64,000 nucleotides of DNA from an uncultured virus (IMG/VR IMGVR_UViG_3300032167_000064) (IMGVR_UViG_3300032167_000064:1-64000), one strand, 5' to 3'. Positions 31,551-42,704 are shown, counted from the stretch's first letter. A program made the numbers and translations. The notes: generated by a model not told the origin, from the letters alone.

Positions 31551-31688
31551 ATTTCGTTATATGTTCAATAGGGAGAACGGTTGGCTGACACCCAGCAGAA
31601 TTAAGAGAATTATGAGAGCTTAATCAAGACTTACCGGACAATGTCAAGTTTAGGTAGTATAAGTGTGGTTCGATTCCACTAACGAAAT
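31551..31688 (+). tRNA. Atypical tRNA-like RNA, anticodon GAC (Val), ~67-nt variable region
   Basis: Acceptor atttcgtta/taacgaaat, D arm tgttc/gaacg, anticodon arm gttgg-CTGACAC-ccagc, T arm gtgg-TTCGATT-ccac; no encoded CCA. Confidence 0.6.
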
Positions 31689-31737
31689 ATTGATTACATA
31701 GATGATACTATATTAACTCATTTAAGGAGGAAAAAAG

Positions 31738-32844
31738 ATGAATGCATTATTGATTGGTGTTGGTGCAGCTGGAAATAAAGCAGTTGTAACAGCAATCGAA
31801 AACGGTACTATGAAAGTCGAGGATACAGCAATTGTAAACTCAACAAGTAGAGATTTCCCTAAAGAATATCAGGGAACAAAGATTATCTTATCTGCAACAG
31901 ATACTGGTTGTGGTAAAGAGAGATCTGTAAGCAAGGCTTATACGAAGAAAGCTATCGGAGAAGGAAAGTTCAATTTCAATGAAAAGATGGCTCAGTATGC
32001 TACTGTTATTATTGTAACTTCTGTAGAAGGTGGAACAGGTTCAGGTGCTACTCCTACATTAGCTAAGTTCTTTAATAAAGTTTATACTAAGAACGTTCAT
32101 ATTATTGCTTTCACAGGCTTTGAAGATGATGTTAGAGGTCTTGCTAATACAGTAGATTTCTTTAAAGAAATTGATCCTGCTATTATTGTTCAGACTATCT
32201 CCAATGCATCTTTCTTACCTGCAGCTGGACAGAATAAGATGAAAGCAGAAGAATTGGCTAACAGAGAAATGGCTGAAAGAGTAAGAGTTCTTATTGGTAA
32301 AGACTTCATTGATGGACGTCAGAATATTGATGATACTGATATCTTGAAGTTATCTAATACTTCTGGTTATATGACCGTTGAAAAGAAGTGTTTTAGTAAA
32401 TCTCTTGAAACTAGAGATGATTTTGAGAAGATTATCAAGAATATGATCTATAATACAGCTTCTATTAAGACGAGTGATCCTGCAGCTGTAAGACTTGGTG
32501 TTATTATGAATATCAGTCCTGCATCTGAAGATGCTATTGATGGTTCATTCAAGTCTCTTAAAGCAGCTTATGGTAATCCTTTTGAATTCTTTAGTCAGAT
32601 TCAGTGGGATGGTAAAACAGAATATATTGCTTATATTGCATCCGGTATGAAGATGCCAATTGAAGAGGTTCAGGCTGTATATGAAAGATATAAAGAACAG
32701 ACAGCTAAGATTAATAAATCTGGTGATAGCTTCTTCTCTGCTATGGAAAGTATGGGAACATTAGAGGAAGATTCTAAGTTCAATATGATTAAAGAAGTAG
32801 AGAAAGGTATGTCGATCGCAGATTTTCTTAGCGAAGATGACTAA
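31738..32844 (+). CDS. Tubulin/FtsZ-family GTPase (PhuZ/TubZ-like)
   Basis: IGVGAAGNK and EGGTGSG signature. Confidence 0.9.
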   Translation: MNALLIGVGAAGNKAVVTAIENGTMKVEDTAIVNSTSRDFPKEYQGTKIILSATDTGCGKERSVSKAYTKKAIGEGKFNFNEKMAQYATVIIVTSVEGGTGSGATPTLAKFFNKVYTKNVHIIAFTGFEDDVRGLANTVDFFKEIDPAIIVQTISNASFLPAAGQNKMKAEELANREMAERVRVLIGKDFIDGRQNIDDTDILKLSNTSGYMTVEKKCFSKSLETRDDFEKIIKNMIYNTASIKTSDPAAVRLGVIMNISPASEDAIDGSFKSLKAAYGNPFEFFSQIQWDGKTEYIAYIASGMKMPIEEVQAVYERYKEQTAKINKSGDSFFSAMESMGTLEEDSKFNMIKEVEKGMSIADFLSEDD

Positions 32845-32943
32845 TAATTAATGAGACAAGGTAGCTCCATTGCGTTATGAGGGGAGTATAGTTCGGTGAT
32901 GTGGAGTGGGTTATTCCGAACAATGTTTATCAAGGAGGTTCCT

Positions 32944-33825
32944 ATGAGTTTATTTCCATCATTAAATAAGGAAGATAAATCCTTAGATGAATTAAACAAA
33001 TTGCAACAAGGTTCTCTATTTCATTCAATTGAATATGAATTATCTGATATTGTAAAGAAGATAAAGAATATTGATAATTTGAATGAGGTAGAGATTAAAC
33101 AAATCATCATAAGACAGCATTCTATGATATTAAACTATGATTTATTTTTAATGTCTAATGAAACTCGCCAGGATGCACAGACATTATTTATGAATGAAAA
33201 GTTCTTGAAATGTTTTTTAGATGTAATCAGACTTATTGAAATATCTGCCCATGAGAAAATTTGTATCAATAAGCTCGCCTATGATTACTATATTAACCCA
33301 TATGGATGTGATCCTAAAGTTTCAGACTTATTATATCAATTAACTACTGAAGTTAATGGTAAAGAAGTTATTGTTCTTAGTGGTATTCTTGGATTGCGAA
33401 ATGCTCAAATTCTTAGCATGATAAGAAATTCTACTTTTAATATAGAGAAAGCTGTTCATCGTGTAAATACATTTCTGGTTAAATGTAATAATAATTTGAA
33501 TATTACTAGTGTATCTAGTATATATTGTCATCTTTTTGAAAAATTTACAGATGTATTTATATATACAATGATGGAAGCTGAACCAATTGGATTGAACTTT
33601 GAACAAAAACAAAAGTTTGATCTAATATCTATTGTTATGCTTGAGATGATGAACTCTTTATCGTGTGCTGATATTAGAAAAGTCTTATATGATTATGCTT
33701 TTATACTTAGTATGGTAAAAGTAGATACAAGAATAAGATTTGCTATTAGAACAGCAGAAAGATATAAGAGAGTTATTTCTGTTATTGAATCTATAGAGAT
33801 TCAAGATAATTTGTATATACCGTAA
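32944..33825 (+). CDS. Hypothetical protein
   Basis: SD aaggaggt before ATG 32944. Confidence 0.7.
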   Translation: MSLFPSLNKEDKSLDELNKLQQGSLFHSIEYELSDIVKKIKNIDNLNEVEIKQIIIRQHSMILNYDLFLMSNETRQDAQTLFMNEKFLKCFLDVIRLIEISAHEKICINKLAYDYYINPYGCDPKVSDLLYQLTTEVNGKEVIVLSGILGLRNAQILSMIRNSTFNIEKAVHRVNTFLVKCNNNLNITSVSSIYCHLFEKFTDVFIYTMMEAEPIGLNFEQKQKFDLISIVMLEMMNSLSCADIRKVLYDYAFILSMVKVDTRIRFAIRTAERYKRVISVIESIEIQDNLYIP

Positions 33826-33963
33826 AATTAATACAGTTTTAATTGACAATAAGATTCTCCCTCTAGGATGATGAATCCTAGAGGGACTTTATTTTATTTT
33901 TTGATTATATAATATAAATATGTAAACAAATGATACTATACTAAAAAGAAAGGAAAAAATTTT

Positions 33964-34410
33964 ATGGGTAATGATGTAATTATTATTGATATTCTTGATA
34001 AGGTTTTAGAACCTGAATTCTGGACAATGATGATGGAAAGGAAAAGGTACACTGGACATTTGTACAGAAATAGTCCTTATGAGTCTGATGATTCTTGTGG
34101 TAACTGTGATGGAGCAAGATGTGATACTTGTAAAGAGATTATTATTCCAGCAGATATCGAATGTTCTATTAAATGTGATAAATTGGAACAAATGTTACTT
34201 GATAAGGATGCACCTAAAGATGTAGCTCAATATTTTACTTATGACGATAGTTGTAAAATGTATTATAAAGGATATCATTTTGTATTTCCAACTGCAAAAA
34301 TGTTAAAATCACAGTATCCTGAAAAATATGAAGAAATTAAAACTGCATGTATTGAAAAAGATCGCAAAGAAAGAGAAGAGATTCAGAAGCGATTTCCAAA
34401 GAAAGCTTAA
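33964..34410 (+). CDS. Hypothetical Cys-cluster protein
   Basis: CGNCDGARCDTC. Confidence 0.65.
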   Translation: MGNDVIIIDILDKVLEPEFWTMMMERKRYTGHLYRNSPYESDDSCGNCDGARCDTCKEIIIPADIECSIKCDKLEQMLLDKDAPKDVAQYFTYDDSCKMYYKGYHFVFPTAKMLKSQYPEKYEEIKTACIEKDRKEREEIQKRFPKKA

Positions 34411-34605
34411 TATAAGTTAGAAGAAATTAGATATCTAATGGATAGTGTACATTGGAAATAATGCTTTTATGCATTAAAGATCATATTGCTTATAAGATGA
34501 GACGACTATCTAAAAGATCTGTAACTTATTAACCCCAATTTGGTAATTAGGTATAATTACCTAAGTAAGAGAAAGAAGTTAAGAAGTATTAGGAGGACTC
34601 GAACA

Positions 34606-35496
34606 ATGAATTTTATATCTAAAAAACTTGGTAGAAGATTAATATGTACTAGTTTTCTATCAATAATGTTACTTTTCACATTTACTGCTGCGGTAACAAC
34701 TAGCAAGGCTGAAGGAAGATATCCTGAACCTATTATAGTTGAAGCTGAAAAAATTACTTCAGAAGATATTATTATAAATAATGAAGTATCTCCAGTAATA
34801 GAATATGTATCAGAAGAAAATATTGTAGCAGAAGTTGTAGAACTTCAGCAAACTTTTTCTGCTCCTACTGAAACAATATTGTCAGAAGTTGTTATATCAG
34901 ATGAAGAAAGATGGACTTCAATTTCCCATTCATGTGAATCTTATACAATGTTTGTAAATGTATCTGTAGACAGTTCTTTAAATGTAAGATCTCAAGCTAT
35001 AATTGGTGATAACATTGTTGGTGGTTTACATTATGGAGATCAGGTAACTGTAGTTGGTTACAATACATACGATCAATCATGGTCTGCTATTGAGTATAGA
35101 GATAAAATAGCTTTTGTATCCAATGAATATTTAGAAGAGTGGGTAGATTTATCTCTCCGAAAAGATGAAACTTATCATAATCCTGAGTGGGATGGAGAAA
35201 CAAAATTAAATTCTAGAAATGGTAGAATTGAAGGTCCTAGTGGTCAGGAAACTTATTATAATCTTCCAATGGGTACATGTGTTTATTATATGAACTTATT
35301 AGGATATGATTATGAAGTATGGGTTCGTGAAGATGGTGTTAAAATGTTTGGAGACTATATTATGGTGGCTGCTAATTTGGAAACAAGACCGAAAGGTAGC
35401 TTGGTAGAAACTTCATTAGGAACAGGTATTGTTGTAGATACTGGTGAATTTGTAAATTGGAATCCAAATGGTATTGATATTGCAGTGACTTGGTAA
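34606..35496 (+). CDS. Secreted SH3b + 3D-like domain cell-wall protein
   Basis: Signal peptide; LNVRS...L.YG..V.V SH3b; VVDTG...IDIAVTW. Confidence 0.7.
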   Translation: MNFISKKLGRRLICTSFLSIMLLFTFTAAVTTSKAEGRYPEPIIVEAEKITSEDIIINNEVSPVIEYVSEENIVAEVVELQQTFSAPTETILSEVVISDEERWTSISHSCESYTMFVNVSVDSSLNVRSQAIIGDNIVGGLHYGDQVTVVGYNTYDQSWSAIEYRDKIAFVSNEYLEEWVDLSLRKDETYHNPEWDGETKLNSRNGRIEGPSGQETYYNLPMGTCVYYMNLLGYDYEVWVREDGVKMFGDYIMVAANLETRPKGSLVETSLGTGIVVDTGEFVNWNPNGIDIAVTW

Positions 35497-35609
35497 AAAG
35501 TTTTTATATAAATAGTCCTAGAAGAGAAATCTTCTAGGACTAAAATTTTTATTTTTATACATCTCGATACAATACATTAATATGATACTATAAGAAACGA
35601 GGTTGTAAA

Positions 35610-36188
35610 ATGTCTAACAAATTACCAAAAACACCTGAACCTGAAGTTGATAAAGAAAATTGTATAGATTGGAAAGCTATAGCTATTAATCAAGAAAAAG
35701 TCAGATTATCTTACGAGAGACAAAAAAGAAAAATTAAGATTTTTAATATTGTATGTATAGCTATCTCTATTATTTTATCAATTTTAGTTATATTTTTAGT
35801 TAGATATTGTAGACATAATATTGATAAACAAAGAGAATATCTTCAATCAGAATATGAAACTTTTATAGAAGATGGTGTTACAATGACAAATGATGGTCTT
35901 ATATACTTTGTAGCAAAAGTAAGAGATTTAGTAGTAGCACCAGCAATGGTAGGAGACAATGTAATTAGCGGACCATCTACATATATCTATATTGTAGATT
36001 ATGATGGTCATGTATTTTCAACAAAGTTTCATCCAGAGCTTTTATTACTTACAGATGGTTCATATATCAAAGTTTATTATAAACTAGAATATGTAGATGA
36101 AGTTTATATTGAACTTTCTGATTATGAAATATATGGTAACTTAGAAAATGAATATTATTTAAACGCGGAGGTCAATGGAAATGAGTAA
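35610..36188 (+). CDS. Single-TM membrane protein
   Basis: Hydrophobic segment IFNIVCIAISIILSILVIFLV. Confidence 0.6.
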   Translation: MSNKLPKTPEPEVDKENCIDWKAIAINQEKVRLSYERQKRKIKIFNIVCIAISIILSILVIFLVRYCRHNIDKQREYLQSEYETFIEDGVTMTNDGLIYFVAKVRDLVVAPAMVGDNVISGPSTYIYIVDYDGHVFSTKFHPELLLLTDGSYIKVYYKLEYVDEVYIELSDYEIYGNLENEYYLNAEVNGNE

Positions 36189-37053
36189 TGAGAAAATTCA
36201 AGACACAGAAATTATTGGGGACAAAGCAGTAGATGTAGAAAATATAACTCCGTCTGCTTATTTTGATTATGTCAAAGGTTTAAAGGAAAAATTAAATAGA
36301 GAAGAATATAATATCATTATTGATTCTGCACTTAAGATGATTGAGAAGTGTAAGATTACCAGACAGACTGCTATGGCTAAAGAATTAGCACATCAGGTTG
36401 ATTTGGCTCTCAGAGAACTTAATGCTGCTAATGAAGGATTTGATATATTTGTTAATAGAAAAGTAATCGAAAAATATATTAGCGATGTAGAAGGAAAAGC
36501 TATCAAGATTATTGAACTCTCAGAATATACCAGAGAGATTCCGGAAGAAGTTATGGATAGAGTAGCGAAAGCTGCTGATATTTTTGATCAGATGTATATT
36601 GTCTTTACAGATTATACCAAAAAAGAGTCTAAGAGAGTAGCTAAAGAAAGAAGAGACAAGGATCCTATCTTATTTGGTGCATTTCAAGATAAACAAGGCG
36701 ATGGTAAGAATAAAATCTATATCGAGGATAGATTATTCTTTATTGCTGACTGGGTTGATGATACTTGTGATCTTACTCTTGAACAGATTGTAAGACAGAC
36801 TCAGGGTAAATCTGATGAAGTTCTTACTTATAAGGTAAATACCCCTGAAGATTTTGAACAGGTTAAATCTTATTTGAATAGTTTCTCTAAGCCTATTGAA
36901 GAAGTTAAAGAGAGTGAGGTTATTAAACCTGTAAAACTTTTTGATAAGGTAAAAGCAGCTGCCAAGAAAGCTACTACAAGAAAGAAATCTACAACAGGTA
37001 CAACTGGAGCGAAAAGAGGTAGAAAGAAGAAATCTGAAACGACGGAGGAATAA
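36181..37053 (+). CDS. Hypothetical protein with basic histone-like tail
   Basis: KAAAKKATTRKK...GRKKK C-terminus. Confidence 0.65.
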   Translation: MSNEKIQDTEIIGDKAVDVENITPSAYFDYVKGLKEKLNREEYNIIIDSALKMIEKCKITRQTAMAKELAHQVDLALRELNAANEGFDIFVNRKVIEKYISDVEGKAIKIIELSEYTREIPEEVMDRVAKAADIFDQMYIVFTDYTKKESKRVAKERRDKDPILFGAFQDKQGDGKNKIYIEDRLFFIADWVDDTCDLTLEQIVRQTQGKSDEVLTYKVNTPEDFEQVKSYLNSFSKPIEEVKESEVIKPVKLFDKVKAAAKKATTRKKSTTGTTGAKRGRKKKSETTEE

Positions 37054-37056
37054 TAT

Positions 37057-38229
37057 ATGGCTCTTGTAGAAGGTGATATTGACCTCACTCAAAATCTAGA
37101 TTTTTACAGGAAGAAGCCCAAAAAGCTTCTTCCTGCTAATGTTAAACTTTTGGGTAGAGATGATGTACCAGAGTCTAAATTAAATACTTCAATTGATAAT
37201 CTTTATATTACTACTGTTTCTAGAAGTAGTGTGTCTATTAGTTATAGTAATACTAGCAATTATCAAACAGTTCGTAGATGGACAATAAATAATAATAATA
37301 ATGAAGAGTTTAACTATATAGATATAGATGATAGTACTATATCTAATAGTGATAATAATCTTTATATTACAAGCAGTAACTATAGTACAAGTATTACAAC
37401 TACAATAAATAGTAGCAATACAACTTCTACCAGTTTTTCGATGAGATATATTTTGGATGATAGTGATGAATTAGATTCTTGGATTACTACTAAGAAGAAT
37501 TATAAGAGAAAATATAACTCTGCTATAGATACAGTAAAAAGAATATTTTCATTATGGGATTCTAGAGACGTATTTGAAGAAAAAAGAAGTTTGGAAATTT
37601 ATCAATGCGGTTGTGGAGCAGAATTTTTAGCTCCAAGAGATTTTTATGGTTGTTGCAAAAAATGTCTAAGGAACGAAGAACTTAAAAAGAAAGAAGAAAT
37701 GTATGCTTCAAGAATCAGATATAATAGAATATTTCAATTCAGACATAAAAAGATCGTTGATGATTATGACTATATAGGTGATGAAGTTCCCTGGCATAAT
37801 ACGGGTGAATCTTTCGGTATACCAAAACCTAGAAGTTCTATAGAAGCAAGATACTTTATGCTTTCTGGAAAGAATAATAGTACTCGTAGGTATGGTATTC
37901 CTTGGTTTCAAAATCTTAACCAAAGAATATATGATGATTATATTGATGAACTTAAAAATGGAGAGAAAGACTATAGTTCTTATCTTACAAATATGAGTTG
38001 GATAGGAATTCATAGACAAACAGATGATGAAGAGTTTATTGATTCTTTAAATCTTGAAAACATAAGAGAAGTTTATACTGATGATGATTTTAGACCAGTC
38101 AATGTGATTCCTGATGAATATATCGAAGACGTTCCTTTATTTAGAGATGACAATCAAATTACAATATCAAATGGTAGTGATTTATATTGGACTAACTCAG
38201 ATCTTGAGACTATGGTATATAGTAGTTAA
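37057..38229 (+). CDS. Hypothetical protein
   Basis: SD ggagg; S/T/N-rich tract and CxC..CxxC. Confidence 0.65.
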   Translation: MALVEGDIDLTQNLDFYRKKPKKLLPANVKLLGRDDVPESKLNTSIDNLYITTVSRSSVSISYSNTSNYQTVRRWTINNNNNEEFNYIDIDDSTISNSDNNLYITSSNYSTSITTTINSSNTTSTSFSMRYILDDSDELDSWITTKKNYKRKYNSAIDTVKRIFSLWDSRDVFEEKRSLEIYQCGCGAEFLAPRDFYGCCKKCLRNEELKKKEEMYASRIRYNRIFQFRHKKIVDDYDYIGDEVPWHNTGESFGIPKPRSSIEARYFMLSGKNNSTRRYGIPWFQNLNQRIYDDYIDELKNGEKDYSSYLTNMSWIGIHRQTDDEEFIDSLNLENIREVYTDDDFRPVNVIPDEYIEDVPLFRDDNQITISNGSDLYWTNSDLETMVYSS

Positions 38230-38328
38230 ACAATATGAAACCCGTAGGAGTTTGTAACTCCTACGGGTTTATTTTTTAGTTTTGATGACTTATTTTCATA
38301 TTTGTTTTATCGTATACAATAATAGAGA

Positions 38329-39270
38329 TTAACTATTTCTATTGTCAGAATGATCACGAACTTCCAGATCAAGATATCGATGTTCATAGAGATCCGCTAA
38401 ATCTCCATTACCGTTATTATTACGATAATCTCTATATTTTACTCGAATCTTTTTATCTTCTGCTGGAGTTACATATCCTCTTGCAAGAGCAGCATAAATC
38501 ATATCCTCAAGTTCAAACTTAATGTTATTCTTCATTAACGATTGCATGTTCTTGAGCATAGTATTCTGATCTTTTAATTCTTTTGTATGTCGTTCAAGAA
38601 TAATAGATTGTTCCTTTTGTACATCAATAATTCTGTTTATTGTAGCCTCTATCTTCTTACTATCCGATAAAGTTCCATCCTCACGCAAAACAAATTTATC
38701 ATCTGTACCAGCTTCACCGTTATTGATATTAATATTAATTTCATTATGCTGATCAACCGGTTTCTTATTTTCTGACCCTTCATCATTATTAGTTTCATTT
38801 AATGGATTTTTTAATAGTTTATACTTTGATTCATGTTTTAACAAGAATTCTGTATCAAACCATATTGATGCTAAAAATCCCACCAAAGGAGCTACAACAA
38901 TATTCCATATAATGACAATCTCGTCAGAATTAGCCAATTTTACCAATAAATAACAAACCAAAAAAGCGAAAATATAACATAAAGATAGATGAGCAACAAC
39001 ATATGTTTTGTATCTATTAAATAGTTTCTTTCCTTCATTCTTGGATGTATCGATATCGGCACTCTTGATATACATTGCAAATCGTGCAATAAAACAAATT
39101 AATAAGAAAATTAGATTAAGTACAAAATGTGTGCTATTATATTGAGCAGAATTAATCTTGTCAAAGAAATGAACAACAACATCTTCAGCTTCACCTATAT
39201 TTCCATCTATGTTTACACTAGCAACCGCCATCAAATTAGCTAATGTAAAATTGCTAACTGGATTAATCAT
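38329..39270 (-). CDS. Multi-TM membrane protein (holin-like)
   Basis: Three TMs, coiled coil, C-terminal Y..YR..NGNG motif. Confidence 0.5.
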   Translation of the reverse strand: MINPVSNFTLANLMAVASVNIDGNIGEAEDVVVHFFDKINSAQYNSTHFVLNLIFLLICFIARFAMYIKSADIDTSKNEGKKLFNRYKTYVVAHLSLCYIFAFLVCYLLVKLANSDEIVIIWNIVVAPLVGFLASIWFDTEFLLKHESKYKLLKNPLNETNNDEGSENKKPVDQHNEINININNGEAGTDDKFVLREDGTLSDSKKIEATINRIIDVQKEQSIILERHTKELKDQNTMLKNMQSLMKNNIKFELEDMIYAALARGYVTPAEDKKIRVKYRDYRNNNGNGDLADLYEHRYLDLEVRDHSDNRNS

Positions 39271-39386
39271 ATCATATATTATCCTCCTTTGTGAGTATTT
39301 TGATCGATTAATGTCGTTTATTATATAAAAGTTAACCATAAAAGATGCTCTTAGAGGTTACCCTCTAAGAGCAACAATTTTGATAT

Positions 39387-39704
39387 TTATAACGGAGAGT
39401 AAACAGATGTAATCTGTCTAACAAGATTTTCAAGTGTATTCATACGCTCATACATTTCAGCAGGCTGATCCAATACACCTTTAATATTAGAAATATCATT
39501 ATTGATGATACTGTTGCAGATTGATTCGACAGTCTCAATTTTGCTATATTTTCTTACTCTTACTTCTTCAAGTTTAATATCAATAATTCCACACTCTTTA
39601 ACAATGAAGACATTAGTTGTATTAGTTTCAATAGAATCCAAAGTATTAGTAATATCTACCATCAATGTATCAAAAGTGATTTCAGGAGTTGTTATTCCTT
39701 CCAT
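39387..39704 (-). CDS. Hypothetical protein
   Basis: SD gaaagga. Confidence 0.55.
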   Translation of the reverse strand: MEGITTPEITFDTLMVDITNTLDSIETNTTNVFIVKECGIIDIKLEEVRVRKYSKIETVESICNSIINNDISNIKGVLDQPAEMYERMNTLENLVRQITSVYSPL

Positions 39705-39884
39705 GATTGTTAACCATCCTTTCTTATGATTATATTTAATAAAAAGTGCTTTATAGAAAAATGTAAAAATTGCAATTTTCAATTATATACTATAATTATG
39801 AATAAAGATACATATTACTTAAGATGATATCTTATTCACAAATGATACTCTTAAACAATATAAAGAAAAACGGAGGAAAATAAT

Positions 39885-40559
39885 ATGAAGATTATTATGA
39901 GTATTAAGGAAATGGCAGCATTAGCAGGAGTAGCGAAACAGTTTGATGAAATTATTAATCCTAAGGACCAGAAGAGAACAGTTCAGGATATGATCACTCA
40001 GATGATCAATGATTTCAAGGAACCAGAGAAGCATAGCTTCTTTAGTATGAAGTTGGATTCTGAAATGAATCTGGTAGTAGAGTGTGAGGCAGATGCAGTT
40101 GCTAAGTTACTTGGAATTTTTAAAGACTTTGTTTCTACAATGTATCCTCTATATAAGGCAGCATGTGAATGTGGTGCAAGTTTTGGTCAGCGTATTCAGG
40201 AAGTAGTTGATGAATATAAGGAACCTGAAAAGGAAGAAGATCATCCTGTACCAGCAGCAGTTGTTGTAGTTACCAGAGGAGCAAAAGTTCCTGATGAAGA
40301 AAGCTTCGAAGAGAGATTTGCTAGAACGCAGGAAGAAATCAACGCAGCTCATAAAGAAATGGAAGAAAGAAGAGCTGCATTCGAAAAAGCACATGCTGAA
40401 AGAACCAAGGAGATTGACAGAGCAGTTAAGAAAATGAGAAATAAATACAAGAAAGATTTTAAGTGCAATAAGTGCGGCAGAAATGCCAAGCTGGATCCTT
40501 TAGCAAATAATCATACTTGTAAGAATTGCGGTTCTACGATGGTTCAGATTTTTCAGTAA
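39885..40559 (+). CDS. Hypothetical early protein with C-terminal Zn ribbon
   Basis: CNKC...CKNC; upstream TATACTAT motif. Confidence 0.65.
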   Translation: MKIIMSIKEMAALAGVAKQFDEIINPKDQKRTVQDMITQMINDFKEPEKHSFFSMKLDSEMNLVVECEADAVAKLLGIFKDFVSTMYPLYKAACECGASFGQRIQEVVDEYKEPEKEEDHPVPAAVVVVTRGAKVPDEESFEERFARTQEEINAAHKEMEERRAAFEKAHAERTKEIDRAVKKMRNKYKKDFKCNKCGRNAKLDPLANNHTCKNCGSTMVQIFQ

Positions 40560-40621
40560 TAATATAAGGCTAGGTTGAAATATACCTAGCCTTTATTTTT
40601 AAAATTTAGGAGGGAAAAATA

Positions 40622-41266
40622 ATGAAGATTGAAGAATTGAAGAGAATGTATACTGGTGATGAAACTAATAATTATTATGAGGTATCTACTCCTCAGAAGA
40701 CAGAGCATGGATATCTTGTAGACAATCTTAAAGATGGTACAATGACTGAAATTTATAATCTTGAATATCAGAAGTCAAAATATCATCAGGAAGGATTGAC
40801 AGAGCATATTGCATTGGTAGCTCACAAGATGCATCAGATGACTATGTTTACATCAAGAAAACAGAATAGAATAGCGGTAGCAATTGCTATTCTTCATGAT
40901 CTTGGTAAGAAGTTTACTATCAAGATCAATCAGGTTGGCGATGTGTGTTATTGGAATCATGAATCATTATCTGCCAATCTTGCAAGAGATTTTCTGTTAA
41001 CTCATAACGATGATGGTCACTTTACAGATGAAGAGATCAATATGATCTTTATTATCATCCATCAGCATCTTCAGTTAAAATTAATCAAAGATGAAATTGC
41101 CAGAAGATGTTATATAGAGGGATTCAAGAAGATATATGGAGCAGAAGCATATGATTATCTTGAGCTGCTTGATCAGGCAGATCAGGGTTATCCAGAAGGA
41201 ACAGAAATTGATTATAATTACATCAATGAGGGATTCTCTATTATTGAGGATTACTTATATTTTTAA
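40622..41266 (+). CDS. HD-domain phosphohydrolase
   Basis: EH...LHDLGK...NHE...H...AD. Confidence 0.8.
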   Translation: MKIEELKRMYTGDETNNYYEVSTPQKTEHGYLVDNLKDGTMTEIYNLEYQKSKYHQEGLTEHIALVAHKMHQMTMFTSRKQNRIAVAIAILHDLGKKFTIKINQVGDVCYWNHESLSANLARDFLLTHNDDGHFTDEEINMIFIIIHQHLQLKLIKDEIARRCYIEGFKKIYGAEAYDYLELLDQADQGYPEGTEIDYNYINEGFSIIEDYLYF

Positions 41267-41279
41267 GGAGGAAAACAAT

Positions 41280-41591
41280 ATGGCAAATTTAAACGAAATG
41301 CGAGAATTGAAAAACGTGGTGGAGCAGATAATGTCAGATAAAGATCTGGCGAAAGAAATTTATAATGAAGCTGATAAGTTATTAGAAATGAAGCTTCATA
41401 ATGCCGGATTGTCTGCTGTGAGAGGAAACTATAATAGCAAAGATATACAAGAAGCTAGAGCTGCATATTATTTACAAGATTTGATACATGCTGTTATAAT
41501 CTATATGGAGGATGGAAATTCGTCAACTATAACAATGAATGACGAATTATATCCTAATGCAGAGAAACCGGATTGGGCAGAAGAAGATTAA
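41280..41591 (+). CDS. Hypothetical protein
   Basis: SD aaggagg. Confidence 0.65.
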   Translation: MANLNEMRELKNVVEQIMSDKDLAKEIYNEADKLLEMKLHNAGLSAVRGNYNSKDIQEARAAYYLQDLIHAVIIYMEDGNSSTITMNDELYPNAEKPDWAEED

Positions 41592-41635
41592 AAATTAGGG
41601 GTTAGCCATTACAGCTAACCCCTTAGATTTATTTT

Positions 41636-41956
41636 TTATATTGCATGATAATAAATACAATAATTTGCTACTCTAGCAGAATCTGAAGGTTCCATTTCAC
41701 AATAATCTTTCCAAGAATAAAGAGCATCCATTCTATAATCGAAACTTTCATCAACACATCCGTTAATATCATAATATTCATCTTCAATCTTACATATAAA
41801 ATGATTTTCAATAGGAAGATAATATATTTCTCCATTGAAAACTGTATGTAAGATATGAGCAAACCAATAACAGTTTCCATTGTTAAAAGCATACTCAATT
41901 TCTTTTTTGGATATGTGTTTATAGTTATTGATAAATTTTAAAACCTTTTCTTTCAT
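41636..41956 (-). CDS. Hypothetical protein with possible Cys-His-Asp triad
   Basis: GNCYWFA...NHF...YYDING. Confidence 0.55.
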   Translation of the reverse strand: MKEKVLKFINNYKHISKKEIEYAFNNGNCYWFAHILHTVFNGEIYYLPIENHFICKIEDEYYDINGCVDESFDYRMDALYSWKDYCEMEPSDSARVANYCIYYHAI

Positions 41957-42008
41957 AATATCTCCTCCAGAATATTAATTATTCTAAAGTATAAAATATA
42001 TAAAGTTA

Positions 42009-42704
42009 TTAAGAATAAGCTATTTGTGAATTTACTATCCATAAAATAGTAATTGTATAGTCTTGAGTAACTTCTCCAATAGCTCTAACAATCATATTTC
42101 CTGTATTATTAATAGGACCATTTGTTACAAGTCTTGTATTCCAGTCAATAGATGGAACGCATGATGTCATAATTCCTAATTGTACACCTCTTAGAGATAA
42201 TCCTTCTGTAATAACAGGTGTACAAATTATTGGTTTATCAATATTTGGTGTTAAATTTTGTACTCTATAAGTATATTCACAGCATATAACATTTCCAAAT
42301 GCTCCAAATCCATTGGATATATCAAAAGCAATATTACTACTTCCATCTAAATAACAAGTTTGATTTCCTATAGTTATAGAGACAGGATTGGTAAATTTAT
42401 TACAATATTCTGAAGTTCCATCGAAATAATATCCTCCCCAAATTCCTTTATTATAAAGATCTATTTCCATATGAGTTGATGCACCATTTACTTTTGAAGT
42501 ACCATCAGCTGAATCTATACCTATAAAACGTAATAAACCATTATAATTATCTATACATATTCCACTAATATTCTTAGATTTAGAACATGCATCTAATCTT
42601 AATTCTCCACCTTCACTACTAGTACCTTGTGGACTTATAGACAAATTACCAGCAAATAATTTAGCATTAGTATTTGCTGGTAATTTATTAGCTAAATCAT
42701 TATT
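42009..42704 (-). CDS. Start-less tail-fibre cassette C5
   Basis: Site at 42692-42702; NNDLANKLPAN...; only an SD-less TTG upstream; shares SEGG.L.L.A..DNYNG with C9. Confidence 0.75.
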   Translation of the reverse strand, partial: NNDLANKLPANTNAKLFAGNLSISPQGTSSEGGELRLDACSKSKNISGICIDNYNGLLRFIGIDSADGTSKVNGASTHMEIDLYNKGIWGGYYFDGTSEYCNKFTNPVSITIGNQTCYLDGSSNIAFDISNGFGAFGNVICCEYTYRVQNLTPNIDKPIICTPVITEGLSLRGVQLGIMTSCVPSIDWNTRLVTNGPINNTGNMIVRAIGEVTQDYTITILWIVNSQIAYS

